Positions 20,219 to 30,423 of a DNA stretch of 64,000 bases are shown in pieces. The DNA comes from a bacterium (lineage in GTDB: Bacteria > UBA8248): positions 896,001 through 960,000 of the forward strand of contig CBDCRP010000002.1 in assembly GCA_965221165.1 (NCBI GenBank), written 5' to 3'. The position numbers and the translations under genes were made by a program. Under the pieces are notes generated by a model. The model did not search any database and was not told where the DNA came from. It was given only the letters and a program-made list of their open reading frames with translations. The first letter of the stretch is position 1; every line of letters begins with the position of its first letter.

Positions 20219-22327
20219 ATGAACCCACGAAAATCCCTAAAAAGCCTCTTTCACCCGAAATCCTTCGCCGTGGTGGGCGCAACCTCGAACCTGAACCGCC
20301 TGGGCGGCATCCCCCTTAGGCTTACGATGAAATACGGCTTTCCCGGCCCCATCTACCCCATCAACCCGAGGCGTGAGGAGATAGCGGGGCTTACGTGCTA
20401 CCCCGACGTCTCCTCCCTGCCCGAAGCGCCCGAATTCGCCCTCATCTGCACGCCGAGAGAAGACGTCCTCCCCGCTCTCGTCCAGTGCGCGGAGCGAGGC
20501 GTGAAGGCCGCCGCCGTCATCACCTCGGGCTTCGCCGAAGCGGGAGCGGAGGGCGTGGCGCTCCAGGAGAAAATCCTGGAACTCCGCGACGCATCTGGCA
20601 TGCGCGTGCTCGGCCCCAACTGCATGGGGGTGGTGCACGTGCGCTCTAAGCTCATGGCCACGTTTACGATATCCATCCGCGATGAGGACCCGCTCATTCC
20701 GGGGGCGGTGGCCATCGTCACCCAAAGCGGGGCCATGGGGGCGTGCATGCTCACGGGCTTTCAGGAGAGCGGCGCAGGGATCAGCAGCCTCGTGAGCCTG
20801 GGCAACGAGGTGGACGTTGATTTCGCGGAATGCGTCGAATACTTCCTTGACGACCCGCACACGCGCGTCATCTGCGGCTATCTCGAATCGGTTCGCGACG
20901 GCAAGCGCCTTAAAAAAGCCGCCCGGCGCGCTCTGGAGATCGGGAAACCCATCGTCCTGCTCAAGGGCGGCAAAACAGAAGAGGGCGCGCGCGCCGCGCG
21001 CAGCCACACCGCAGCCATCACGACTTCAAGCGACGTTTTCGACGCCTTCGCCGCGCAATACGGGATTCAGGTGCCGGGCTCCATGGATGAGTTCATCGAA
21101 ATAGCGGATTTCCTCGCGCGCTCAAAACCGATTCAAGGAAACGGAGTGGGGATTTTAAGCTTCTCGGGGGGGCTCGGCGCGCTGGCCGCAGATTTGGCGT
21201 CCGAAGCGGGCCTCACGCTGCCCGTCCTCGACGAGAAGACGCAAGAGAAGCTCGGAACCATCCTCCCCGACTACGCGCCCAAGGACAATCCGGTGGACCT
21301 CGTATCCCTGATGGTCAGCCGGCCCGAGAGCCAGCCGCTCAGAACCGCAGGCGAGGCGGTGGCATCGGACGATAACGTAGACGCCCTGCTCTTCCTCATG
21401 GGCATTTATCACCACGTGGGCGCGCAAATTGCGCAGGAGGTGAAGGCGCTGTTCAAATCCTCGGACATACCCGTAGCCTTCACCTGGCTCACCGGGCCGC
21501 GAGAGCAAATACAGGCGTTAAAGAAACAATCCGTGCCCGTCTTCGGCGATTACTCGCGGGCGATTCGGGGACTGGAATCCCTCTTGTCACTCAAACACGC
21601 GAGAGAAGCGGCCTCGTCTCAGCACCTCTCGAAAAACCGCGCACGGAAAGAAGCGGCCCGGCGAAGCATCAAGCGGAGCCGCGCATCCGCCGATGGCTTT
21701 CTCCCGCCCGAGACTTGCGCCGAAATCCTGGACCTCTACGGAATCCCGAGGCCACGGGAAATTCTCGTCGATACGGCGGAAGAAGCACGCAAGATATGGG
21801 AGGAGTATCAAACCCCCGTCGCGCTTAAAACTGTGTCGGAAAGCCTCGCGCACAAGACGGAAGCAGGCGGCGTGCTCCTTCATCTCGATACGCCGGAGCA
21901 GGTTCTGGCCGGGGCCGAAAGGCTCCTCTCCCTTGGCGGTGACGCCCGCCTTCTCGTTCAGGAGATGATCGGAGGCGGCATAGAACTTCTGGTCGGCATA
22001 TCGCGTGATGCGACGTTCGGCCCGTGCATCACGGCGGGATTGGGCGGGGTGTACGTGGAAGCCTTGGACGACGTGGCCCGCCTGCTGCCGCCCTTCGGCG
22101 CCGACCAGGCCCAAAGAGCGCTCTTACGCCTTCGCTCGCGCGTTATCTTCGATGGATTCCGGGGCGGGCCTGCCGTTCAAATTCCGCGCATATCCGATAT
22201 AATGATCAAAATCTCGAGACTGGCGCTTGAATTGAGACACGATATCGCCGAGATGGATTTGAACCCGCTCATCGCCACGGCGAGCGGCTGCCATGCCGTG
22301 GACGTTCGGATAAAAAAGAACTCCTGA
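20219..22327 (+). CDS. Acetate/acyl-CoA ligase (ADP-forming) family protein
   Basis: CoA-binding domain, GPNCMG, QSGA, SLGNE, ARSHTAA phospho-His, HKTEAGGV, EMDLNPL ATP-grasp. Confidence 0.93.
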   Translation: MNPRKSLKSLFHPKSFAVVGATSNLNRLGGIPLRLTMKYGFPGPIYPINPRREEIAGLTCYPDVSSLPEAPEFALICTPREDVLPALVQCAERGVKAAAVITSGFAEAGAEGVALQEKILELRDASGMRVLGPNCMGVVHVRSKLMATFTISIRDEDPLIPGAVAIVTQSGAMGACMLTGFQESGAGISSLVSLGNEVDVDFAECVEYFLDDPHTRVICGYLESVRDGKRLKKAARRALEIGKPIVLLKGGKTEEGARAARSHTAAITTSSDVFDAFAAQYGIQVPGSMDEFIEIADFLARSKPIQGNGVGILSFSGGLGALAADLASEAGLTLPVLDEKTQEKLGTILPDYAPKDNPVDLVSLMVSRPESQPLRTAGEAVASDDNVDALLFLMGIYHHVGAQIAQEVKALFKSSDIPVAFTWLTGPREQIQALKKQSVPVFGDYSRAIRGLESLLSLKHAREAASSQHLSKNRARKEAARRSIKRSRASADGFLPPETCAEILDLYGIPRPREILVDTAEEARKIWEEYQTPVALKTVSESLAHKTEAGGVLLHLDTPEQVLAGAERLLSLGGDARLLVQEMIGGGIELLVGISRDATFGPCITAGLGGVYVEALDDVARLLPPFGADQAQRALLRLRSRVIFDGFRGGPAVQIPRISDIMIKISRLALELRHDIAEMDLNPLIATASGCHAVDVRIKKNS

Positions 22328-22340
22328 CGAGAGGACGCGC

Positions 22341-22775
22341 ATGAGCCAAAGAATCACGCCCGAAATACGCTCCCTGGTGGGGCAAAGACACGGCCCCTAC
22401 CGCGTCCGGGTCGAGCAGGGGGCGATTGAGAAATTCGCCGACGCGGTCGGCGACCCGAACCCGGCCTACCGGGGGCGGGAGGCGATCGCGCCGCCCACGT
22501 TTCCCACCACCTTCAGAGCAAAAGACGCCTATCCCGACTTGCCGCCTAATTTCGGCGACGTGGGCCTTCACGCCTCACAAGTCTATGAGGTGGAGCGGCC
22601 CATCCGCGCGGGCGATGAACTCGACGTTTCCTTCACCATCGTGAACATCAAGGAAAAATCGGGCCGCTCGGGCGACCTCGTGTTCGTCGAGCGCGAATAC
22701 GAGTTCCTGGACGCGCGCGACGGCTCCCGCGTGGGCGGGGGCAAGTGGATATCGCTCAGGCGATTCAAGAACTGA
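22341..22775 (+). CDS. MaoC dehydratase N-terminal-type (HadA/UPF0336-like) protein
   Basis: FADAVGDPNP.Y...APPTF, LHASQ, GRSG.L.FV. Confidence 0.85.
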   Translation: MSQRITPEIRSLVGQRHGPYRVRVEQGAIEKFADAVGDPNPAYRGREAIAPPTFPTTFRAKDAYPDLPPNFGDVGLHASQVYEVERPIRAGDELDVSFTIVNIKEKSGRSGDLVFVEREYEFLDARDGSRVGGGKWISLRRFKN

Positions 22776-22785
22776 AGGAGAGGCG

Positions 22786-23187
22786 ATGAACTACGAAAAG
22801 GGCGACGCGCTCCCCGAACTCGTGAAAGACCCCGTCTCGCGGACGCAACTCGTGAAATACGCGGGCGCCAGCGGGGATTTCAACCCGATCCACTATGACG
22901 ACGAGGCGGCGCGCGCGGGCGGTCTCGAGGGCGTCATCGCCCACGGGATGCTCTCGATGGGGTTTCTGGGGCATTTCGTCGAAAACGCCTTCGGCGCAGG
23001 AAGCTACAAGAGGCTCGAAGTCCGCTTTCAGGGCATGGTGAAATTGGGCGAGGTCATCACCTGCCGGGGCGTCGTCACCGAGGTCACGCAAGAGAAAAAC
23101 CGGCTTCTGGCCGTCTGTGAGATCGAGGCGGTAGACTCCGGCGGCCGCGTCGTCACGAAAGGCACGGCCCAGGCCTGGCTGGACTGA
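22786..23187 (+). CDS. MaoC-family dehydratase (HadB-like)
   Basis: YAGASGDFNPIHYD...GL..VIAHGM. Confidence 0.9.
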   Translation: MNYEKGDALPELVKDPVSRTQLVKYAGASGDFNPIHYDDEAARAGGLEGVIAHGMLSMGFLGHFVENAFGAGSYKRLEVRFQGMVKLGEVITCRGVVTEVTQEKNRLLAVCEIEAVDSGGRVVTKGTAQAWLD

Positions 23188-23215
23188 ATCCATAGAATAG
23201 AAAGAGAGGAATTCC

Positions 23216-23959
23216 ATGAGACTGGAAAACAAGAACGCCATCGTCACGGGAGCAGCGCAGGGCATCGGTCGTTCGGTCTGTATGCGCTTCGCCGAAGAGG
23301 GCGCAAAGGTGCTCGTCGTCGACATGAACGAGGAAGGCGGCGAGGAGACGGCGCGGCTCATCCGGGAGGCCGGGGGCGAGGCCATATTCCATAAGGCCGA
23401 CGTGAGCAGTCTGGAAGAAGTGGAGGGCGCGCTCGACGTTTCAGAATCCGCGCACGGCCCCATAAACGTCATGGTGAACAATGCAGGCATCGTCCGCGCG
23501 GCCATGCTGCACAAGATGACCGAAGAGCAATGGGACTCCGTGATCGCCGTGCACCTAAAGGGCACGTGGGCGGGAATCCACGCGGCGGCCAAGCGCATGA
23601 TCCCCCGAAAGGAAGGCCGCATCATCAACGTCACTTCGGGCGCGGGGCTTCGCGGCACCATCGGCCAGATCAACTACTCCTCCGCCAAGATGGGCATCGT
23701 CGGCGCGACGCAAAGCGCCGCGCGCGAACTGGGACGCCACAACATCACCGTGAACTGCGTCTCGCCCGCGGCCATCACCCCGATGACGGAGACGATTCGC
23801 ACCGATGAGCGCTTTGAATCCAAATACCTGGAGCGCATCTGCCTCGGCCGGTGGGGAGAACCCGAGGAGATGGCGGCGGGGTTCGTCTTTTTGGCATCGG
23901 ACGAGGCGAGCTACGTGACCGGCATCGTGCTCAGAATCGACGGCGGGTTGGGGATGTAG
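23216..23959 (+). CDS. SDR oxidoreductase (FabG-like 3-oxoacyl reductase)
   Basis: TGAAQGIG, NNAG, YSSAK. Confidence 0.92.
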   Translation: MRLENKNAIVTGAAQGIGRSVCMRFAEEGAKVLVVDMNEEGGEETARLIREAGGEAIFHKADVSSLEEVEGALDVSESAHGPINVMVNNAGIVRAAMLHKMTEEQWDSVIAVHLKGTWAGIHAAAKRMIPRKEGRIINVTSGAGLRGTIGQINYSSAKMGIVGATQSAARELGRHNITVNCVSPAAITPMTETIRTDERFESKYLERICLGRWGEPEEMAAGFVFLASDEASYVTGIVLRIDGGLGM

Positions 23960-23977
23960 GCGGGGGGAAGCACTCCC

Positions 23978-24003
23978 GTAGGGGCGGACCGGTGTGTCCG
24001 CCC
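23978..24003 (+). repeat. GTAG-type REP palindrome
   Basis: GTAG-GGGCGGAC-CGGTGT-GTCCGCCC. Confidence 0.85.
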
Positions 24004-24015
24004 GGAGCAGAAAAC

Positions 24016-24651
24016 ATGAACGTGAAACAAAATAGGCGAAAATCGAATCGGTTGGAAGGATACGATTATTCGCAGGCCGGATGTTATTTCGTGACGGTTT
24101 GCGCGCAGGACAGGCAATGTCTGTTCGGTGAAGTCGTAGAGGACGGAGTAGTTTTGAACGAGATGGGGAGGATGGCCGCCCGTTGGTGGAGCGAAACAAC
24201 GAATAAATTTTCGCATGTCGAATTGGATGAATACGTCGTGATGCCGAATCACATCCACGGCATCATTGTAATCGTAGGGTCAGACATATATGTCTGCCAC
24301 CTATGTGTCCGCCCGCAAGGCGAAGATCGCAAATCAAACGAACATCAACCAGCAGAACACCAGCGACAAGAAAAAGATCGACAGAGCGAACACCAAAGCC
24401 AGGGCGGACACGCAGGTCCGCCCCTACGGGAAATCATTCAATGGTTCAAGACGATGACCACGAATGAATACATCAACGAGGTGAAATACGGACGTTTCCC
24501 GCCGTTCGAGAAACGCATATGGCAACGATCATTCTACGATCACGTCATTCGTTGCGATGACGATCTCAATCGGGTTCGAGAATACATCCAGAACAATCCG
24601 TTAAAATGGGCGCTTGATGAGGAAAACCCCGCCAATCAGGTGGAATTGTAG
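24016..24651 (+). mobile_element. REP-associated tyrosine transposase (RAYT, Y1 HUH) copy 1
   Basis: RL..YDYSQAG.YFVT, MPNHIH (HUH), WQRSFYDHVIR, EYIQNNP; flanked by REPs. Confidence 0.92.
24274..24427 (+). repeat. 154-bp REP doublet inside the RAYT1 coding sequence
   Basis: GTAG-started 41-bp end, 87-bp spacer, 26-bp end finishing CTAC. Confidence 0.85.
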
Positions 24652-24801
24652 GGGCGGACCTGCGTGTCCGCCCGCAAGGCGAAGATCGCAAATCAAACGA
24701 ACATCAACCGGCAGAACACCAGCGACAAGAAAAAGATCGACAGAGCGAACACCAAAGCCAGGGCGGACACGCAGGTGGCGGGCATATATGCCCGCCCCTA
24801 C
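24648..24801 (+). repeat. Free 154-bp REP doublet (REPIN-like) with swapped ends
   Basis: 26-bp end, same 87-bp spacer as 24315-24401 (one mismatch), 41-bp end. Confidence 0.88.
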
Positions 24802-24912
24802 GAGACAACCATCGCCCCCAAATTACTCACCCCCATCTGGCGTCGCCACCACGGGACTGCTAGAATCGCCTCCGATGCGCTCCTAAGACCAGTAAAACGG
24901 AGGAAACCGCCC

Positions 24913-25941
24913 ATGAAGGCCATGATTCTCAAACAATTCGGCCGGCCCCTCGCCTACGAGGAAGCGCCCGAACCCAAAATCGGCCCCCGCCAGGTTCTGG
25001 TGGAATCGAAGGCGAACGGCCTGTGCGCGACGGACTTGAAAATCGTGGACGGTAACGTCAAATCATCGCCCACGCCCCTGATGCTCGGCCATGAGAATTC
25101 CGGCGTCGTGCTGGAAGTGGGCGCCGAGGTGGATTCCGTCTCACCGGGCGACCGCGTGGTCGTCGTAAGCAAGCAGACCTGCGGGCGCTGCCGCATGTGC
25201 CGCCTGGGTCATGAAGAGATGTGCCAGAACTCGCCGGGGCGCTTGGGAATAGAGATAGACGGCGGCTTCGGCCAGCTCGTCGCGGTATCAGAAAGAAACC
25301 TCGTCAAAATCGCCGATAACGTATCGCTCGCGGCCGCCTCCCTCATCGGCGGGACGCTCGGCTCCCCGCTCCACGCCATCCGCATGGCGCGGCCCGAACT
25401 CGGCGAGTGCGCCGTCATCTTCGGCGTCGGGGGCCTGGGACTGCACGCTTTGCAGATCCTCCGCCACCTGGGGACGAACGTCATCGCCGTGGACGTGAAG
25501 GACGAGAAGCTGGCGAAGGCGCGCGAACTCGGCGCGTTCGAGACGGTGAACGCGGTGCAGACCGACCCGGTAAAGGCGGTGATGGACATCACGAACGGCT
25601 TCGGGGCGGACATCGCGCTCGAGATCGTGGGCGGGGCCGCCGTGCCGCCCGTGCTCCAGCAGTGCATCGACCTGCTCCGGCCCGGCGGACGCCTCGTCGT
25701 CCTGGGCTACGTCTTCGGCCAGAAAATGGAAATCGAACCTGCGCAACTCATCACCAAATGGATCCAGATCATCGCGTCGCACAACCACACGGTGCGCGAC
25801 GTGGCCGACGCCGCGAGCCTGGTGAACGATGGCCGCGTGCGCGCCGTCATCACCGAGGAGGCGCCGATGCCCGACGCCAACGACGCGCTGGCCGCCCTGC
25901 GCGCGGGCGACCCGGTGGGCCGCATCGTGCTCACCTGGTGA
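24913..25941 (+). CDS. Zinc-dependent alcohol dehydrogenase family protein
   Basis: GLCATD, GHE, CGRCRMC...C structural Zn site, GVGGLG. Confidence 0.92.
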   Translation: MKAMILKQFGRPLAYEEAPEPKIGPRQVLVESKANGLCATDLKIVDGNVKSSPTPLMLGHENSGVVLEVGAEVDSVSPGDRVVVVSKQTCGRCRMCRLGHEEMCQNSPGRLGIEIDGGFGQLVAVSERNLVKIADNVSLAAASLIGGTLGSPLHAIRMARPELGECAVIFGVGGLGLHALQILRHLGTNVIAVDVKDEKLAKARELGAFETVNAVQTDPVKAVMDITNGFGADIALEIVGGAAVPPVLQQCIDLLRPGGRLVVLGYVFGQKMEIEPAQLITKWIQIIASHNHTVRDVADAASLVNDGRVRAVITEEAPMPDANDALAALRAGDPVGRIVLTW

Positions 25942-26045
25942 CTTAGAGGCCGCGCTACAAGAGCCGCCGTCACGAGACGCCGACCGGCCTGCCCGATGAG
26001 ACCATAAAACCGACAAACCTGTACAACGCATCCGCAGGAGGCGAC

Positions 26046-27437
26046 ATGGCGTATCGAATCGAAACGGACAGCATGGGCGAGATCGAGGTGCCCGAAGATA
26101 AATACTACGGCGCGCAGACGGCGCGCTCGCTCGTTCACTTCAAAATCGGCGGCGACCGCTTCCCGCGCGAGATCATCCGCGCGCTGGGGATATTGAAGAA
26201 AGCCGCCGCCATGACGAACGAGGAACTGGGCATCCTGGGCGCTGAAAAGGCCGCGCTCATCATCCGGGCGGCGGATGAGGTGATCGCGGGCGATCTGGAC
26301 GAACATTTCCCCCTGGTCGTCTGGCAGACCGGCAGCGGAACGCAGACGAACATGAACGCGAACGAGGTCATCGCCAACCGCGCCATCGAAATCGCGGGCG
26401 GGCGGATGGGCTCCAAAGACCCTATCCACCCGAACGACGACGTGAACAAGGCCCAGTCCTCGAACGACACCTTCCCCACGGCGATGCACATCGCGGCGGG
26501 CGAGCAGATGACGAAGAAACTCATCCCCGCCGTGGAGACGTTAAGAGATACGCTCGCGGCGAAGGCGGAGGCTTTCGAGACGATCATCAAGATCGGCCGC
26601 ACGCACCTGATGGACGCCGTTCCCTTAACATTGGGACAGGAGTTCTCGGGCTACGCCCAACAATTAGAAAACGGCATCGCGCGCGTCAAGATGTCGCTGG
26701 ACGGCATTTATGAGCTGGCGCTTGGCGGTACGGCGGTGGGCACGGGTCTCAACACGCATCCCGACTTCGCGGATAAAGCGGCCGCCAGAATCGCCGATAT
26801 GACGGGGCTTCCCTTCCGCAGCGCACCGAATAAATTCGAGGCCTTGGCCGCGCACGATGCGGTCGTATTCGCGAGCGGGGCGGTGAAGACCCTGGCGGCG
26901 TCTTTGATGAAGATAGCCAACGATATCCGTATGCTGGCCTCGGGCCCCCGGTGCGGCGTGGGCGAGTTGCTCATCCCCGAGAACGAGCCCGGAAGCTCCA
27001 TCATGCCCGGCAAGGTGAACCCCACCCAGAGCGAGGCGATGACGATGGTGTGCGCCCAGGTGATGGGCAACGACGTGGCGGTGAACGTAGGAGGTGCTAC
27101 GGGTCATTTCGAGTTGAACGTCTTCAAGCCCGTGATGATCTTCAACCTCCTGAACTCGGTGCGCCTGCTGGCCGATGCGTGCGATTCGTTCAACACCCAT
27201 TGCGCGGTGGGGGTCGAACCCAACCGGCCCGCGATAGACGCCTACTTACAGAACTCGCTCATGCTGGTGACGGCGCTCAATCCCGTCATCGGGTATGACA
27301 ACGCGGCCAGGGTGGCGAAAAAGGCCTTCTCGGATGGCGGCACCCTGCGCGATGCGGCCATTGCGCTGGACCTCCTCACCGGAGAGGAATTCGACGCGGC
27401 GGTGAAGCCCGAGAACATGATTGGGCCCACGGGGTGA
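26046..27437 (+). CDS. fumC: Fumarate hydratase class II
   Basis: [31 protein letters not shown] signature. Confidence 0.97.
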   Translation: MAYRIETDSMGEIEVPEDKYYGAQTARSLVHFKIGGDRFPREIIRALGILKKAAAMTNEELGILGAEKAALIIRAADEVIAGDLDEHFPLVVWQTGSGTQTNMNANEVIANRAIEIAGGRMGSKDPIHPNDDVNKAQSSNDTFPTAMHIAAGEQMTKKLIPAVETLRDTLAAKAEAFETIIKIGRTHLMDAVPLTLGQEFSGYAQQLENGIARVKMSLDGIYELALGGTAVGTGLNTHPDFADKAAARIADMTGLPFRSAPNKFEALAAHDAVVFASGAVKTLAASLMKIANDIRMLASGPRCGVGELLIPENEPGSSIMPGKVNPTQSEAMTMVCAQVMGNDVAVNVGGATGHFELNVFKPVMIFNLLNSVRLLADACDSFNTHCAVGVEPNRPAIDAYLQNSLMLVTALNPVIGYDNAARVAKKAFSDGGTLRDAAIALDLLTGEEFDAAVKPENMIGPTG

Positions 27438-27463
27438 GGGGGCACATCCCAATTATTTAATCC

Positions 27464-27555
27464 GTAGCAGACAACCCGAAAGGGTTGTCTGACCCCTCGT
27501 GGTTGTTTCTTGTAAGGTGGATACGATCAGGACAGGCACGGGGGCCTGTCCCTAC
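27464..27555. repeat. REP doublet (GTAG...CTAC)
   Basis: GTAG-CAGACAACCC-GAAA-GGGTTGTCTG ... GGACAGGC...GCCTGTCC-CTAC. Confidence 0.8.
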
Positions 27556-28180
27556 GGTTTTTCCGATTATCCGGGTTGTATTCATCAAGCGCCCATTTCA
27601 ACGGATTGTTCCGGATGTATTCACGGACGCGGCCCAGGTCGTCATCGTCGCGAATGACGTGATCGTAGAATGATCGTTGCCATATGCGTTTCTCGAAAGG
27701 CGGAAAACGCCCGGATTTCACCTCGTTGATATATTCATTCGTGGTCATCATTTTGACCCATTGAATGATTTCCTGTAGGGGCGGACCTGTGTGTCCGCCC
27801 TCGCTTTGGTCTTCGCCCTGTTGAATTTCTTTTTGCCGTTGGCGTTTTGCCTGTCGATGTTCGTTCGATTTGCGATCTTCGCGTTCCGGGCGGACACATA
27901 GGTGGCAGACATATATGTCTGACCCTACGATTACAACGATGCCGTGAAGGTGATTCGGCATAAGGACATATTCATCCAATTCGACATGCGGAAATTTGTT
28001 CTCTGTTTCGTCCCACCAACGGGCCACCATCTTCCCCGCCTCGTTCAAAACCATCTCACCTTCTATGATTTCACCGAAAAGACATTTCCTGTCCTGTACG
28101 CAAACCGTCACGAAATAACATCCCGCCTGTGAATAATCGTATTCCCGCAACCTGTTCGCCTTCCTGTCTTTCATCTCCAA
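27527..28180 (-). mobile_element. RAYT copy 2
   Basis: MPNHLH, WQRSFYDHVIR, EYIRNNP; internal 154-bp REP doublet at 27775-27928. Confidence 0.92.
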
Positions 28181-28215
28181 AAACTCCCGATTTTCACCTC
28201 TCGCCGATTGCCTTT

Positions 28216-28333
28216 GTAGTCGGACAACCCTTTTGGATTGTCCGACCCCCTGTGGTTGTCCCTTGTCAGGATGGATATGACCTGGACAGGCACAGGGGTC
28301 TGTGGGGCAGTCCCGATGAGAGACTGCCACTAC
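28216..28333. repeat. REP doublet (GTAG...CTAC)
   Basis: GTAG-TCGGACAA...TTGTCCGA hairpin ... GGCAGTC...GACTGCC-ACTAC. Confidence 0.75.
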
Positions 28334-28360
28334 ACAAAGGCGGCCGGCCCCGAAGCAATC

Positions 28361-28470
28361 CAAACCCTCCCTCCTCGGTCGGCAAACCCTCCTTCTTCAG
28401 TCGGCAGCCCCTCCCCCTTCGGTCAGCAGCCCCTCCTTCTTCAGTCGGCAAACCCTCCCTCCTCGGTCGG
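28361..28470 (+). repeat. 22-bp tandem repeat, 5 units
   Basis: CAAACCCTCCCTCCTCGGTCGG and variants, followed by GTTTGACCCTAC. Confidence 0.85.
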
Positions 28471-28478
28471 GTTTGACC

Positions 28479-29525
28479 CTACACCCGCTCCGCGTAGCCC
28501 GTGAACGCCGCCGGAATCGTCTGGATGTCCTCTATCAAATCGGGCGGCAGGTCCTTATCCGCCGTGGGCAGCATCCCTGCATAGAGGGTATCGACGCCGC
28601 CGCCGAAGTGCGCCTCTATCGCCTTTTTCACCTCCCCGTGTACGCCCACCGCGGCGAAAAGACGCACGAGGTCGTCGGGAATCTCATCCGCGAGCGCGTC
28701 CCATTTACCCTCGCGCGTCATCTGTCTGAGCTTACGGCCCAGATCGCCGTAGCCGTGCATCTCGAGCACCGGCCAGTAATCGGGCGTGGAGCCGTAAAAG
28801 CCCAGGCGCACCTTGACCTCATTCATCCCGCGGCGCAGGGCTTCCTCATCCGCTCCGGTGACGATGTAGCCCCCGCCCGTTATCTCGAAGTTCTCGCGCG
28901 AAATCTCGTTCTCCCCAAACCCTTCCTCCAGCTTCGGCAGGCAGAACTCCTCGAAATACCTGCTCGTGCAGAAAGGATGCAGCCTTACGCCGTCACAAGA
29001 GCGTCCCGCAACCTTGAGCATCCCAGGCCCCACCGCCGCGATGGTGACGGGCGCCATGGGCTGTCCTCCCGAGGGAGGCGTGAAGGCGGGCGTCATGAGG
29101 CTGAACTGGTAGTGTTCGCCCTGGTAATCGAGTTTTTCCCCGTTTCTCCAAGATCGCCATATCGCGCGCAGTGATTCCACGTATTCCCGCATGCGGGCTG
29201 CGGGCGCGCTCCAGGGCACGCTGAACCGCCGCACGTTGTGCGGCCTTATCTGCGGGCCCAAGCCCAACACGAACCTCCCGTCCGAGGCGACTTGTAAATC
29301 CCAGCCTGCGTTCGCGCACACCATGGGACTCCTCGGAAAGGCGATGGCCACGGCGGTCAAAAGCTCCACGCGTTTCGTCGCCACCGCCGCGACCGCCAAG
29401 GGCAGAAACGGGTGGTGCGCGTTTTCCATGGTCATCACGCCGTCAAAGCCCGCAGCTTCGAGGGCCAGGGCCGCCGGACCCGCTTTTTTCAAATCATCCA
29501 TAGGAAGGGTGGTAACAATCCGCAT
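28479..29525 (-). CDS. LLM-class F420-dependent oxidoreductase (TIGR03617-like)
   Basis: AIAFPRSP, GRFVLGLGPQ...HN.RRFS, MREY, HPF, FYGSTP.Y motifs; AGGAG RBS. Confidence 0.88.
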   Translation of the reverse strand: MRIVTTLPMDDLKKAGPAALALEAAGFDGVMTMENAHHPFLPLAVAAVATKRVELLTAVAIAFPRSPMVCANAGWDLQVASDGRFVLGLGPQIRPHNVRRFSVPWSAPAARMREYVESLRAIWRSWRNGEKLDYQGEHYQFSLMTPAFTPPSGGQPMAPVTIAAVGPGMLKVAGRSCDGVRLHPFCTSRYFEEFCLPKLEEGFGENEISRENFEITGGGYIVTGADEEALRRGMNEVKVRLGFYGSTPDYWPVLEMHGYGDLGRKLRQMTREGKWDALADEIPDDLVRLFAAVGVHGEVKKAIEAHFGGGVDTLYAGMLPTADKDLPPDLIEDIQTIPAAFTGYAERV

Positions 29526-29668
29526 GTCGTAGCTCCTGAAAGTGGAAAAAGAAGACGCCGCCCGGGAGGCTGCGCGGCGCATGATACATGATCCCAAGCC
29601 GCGGCACATCGTGATATGATGGGCGCATCGAACACACGCTCAAGCGCGCATCCAGCCGAGGAGCCTCC

Positions 29669-30412
29669 ATGGCCCAACCATGCCGTCTGGAATACCGGGG
29701 CTTTCATCAACTGGAACTCGTGCGCCACGGAGACGAGAAAATCCGTATCGGCGGGCGGCTGCGAACCCTGCAAGAACCTCCGCCCAAGGTGACCTCGCGG
29801 CCTCCCGTCGATACGGTGCAATACGTCTACGCGACGTGGGATGAGCGCAGAGAGCGCGTGAAGCTCATCGCCTCGACGGCAGGGCATGAAACCTTCGAGG
29901 ACGAGGAAGTGATGCGCGGCGATTCGTCCGCCCTCCTCGTCGGCATGGGAAGGCCCTATGAGAGCAGGCCCAAACACTACCACTGGGCGGACAGGCCCGA
30001 GCACAAAAAGCTCATCCTGAGCCGTCACAACCGAAAGCGGGTTGAGTGGAGGCAAAGATTGCGCTCGGATGCGACGATTCCACCGGGCGCGTGGCGGGAG
30101 GTATCGAAAGATTTAAGCGTTTCTTTTCTCGCATGGGGAGAGGAGGCGGCCCATCTCGAAATCGAGGGCGAAGTGAGAAGCGAAGATGCCGCCTCGCCGC
30201 TCCTGCTGGGCTTAGGCCTCGACGGCGCGCCGCCTCACTCGCCAAGCGTCGAAATCACGCCGCAGTCGCAGCGCTTTCAACTCAAAATCGAGAGACGCTT
30301 TCCCCGCGATGAGGAGGGTTTTCACACTCTCTCCCTGTACGGAAAAACGGAAAATGGCTCTTACACCGTCCTCAAAAACGTGAGCGAACTCGGATTCTCC
30401 ACCCCAGGCTAA
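29669..30412 (+). CDS. Hypothetical protein
   Basis: GAGGAG RBS; 247-aa ORF directly upstream of the PLP enzyme gene. Confidence 0.65.
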   Translation: MAQPCRLEYRGFHQLELVRHGDEKIRIGGRLRTLQEPPPKVTSRPPVDTVQYVYATWDERRERVKLIASTAGHETFEDEEVMRGDSSALLVGMGRPYESRPKHYHWADRPEHKKLILSRHNRKRVEWRQRLRSDATIPPGAWREVSKDLSVSFLAWGEEAAHLEIEGEVRSEDAASPLLLGLGLDGAPPHSPSVEITPQSQRFQLKIERRFPRDEEGFHTLSLYGKTENGSYTVLKNVSELGFSTPG

Positions 30413-30423
30413 GGAGTAAGGCG

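Noticed and set aside
24274-24801. Diversity-generating retroelement TR/VR pair
   Set aside because: No reverse transcriptase in the window; only one spacer mismatch; bounded by REPs next to an HUH transposase
24664-24912. N-terminal extension of the alcohol dehydrogenase
   Set aside because: Translation of the REP doublet; the likely start is ATG 24913 (MKAMIL)
28361-28470. Possible CRISPR array
   Set aside because: Units abut with no unique spacers; no cas genes in the window
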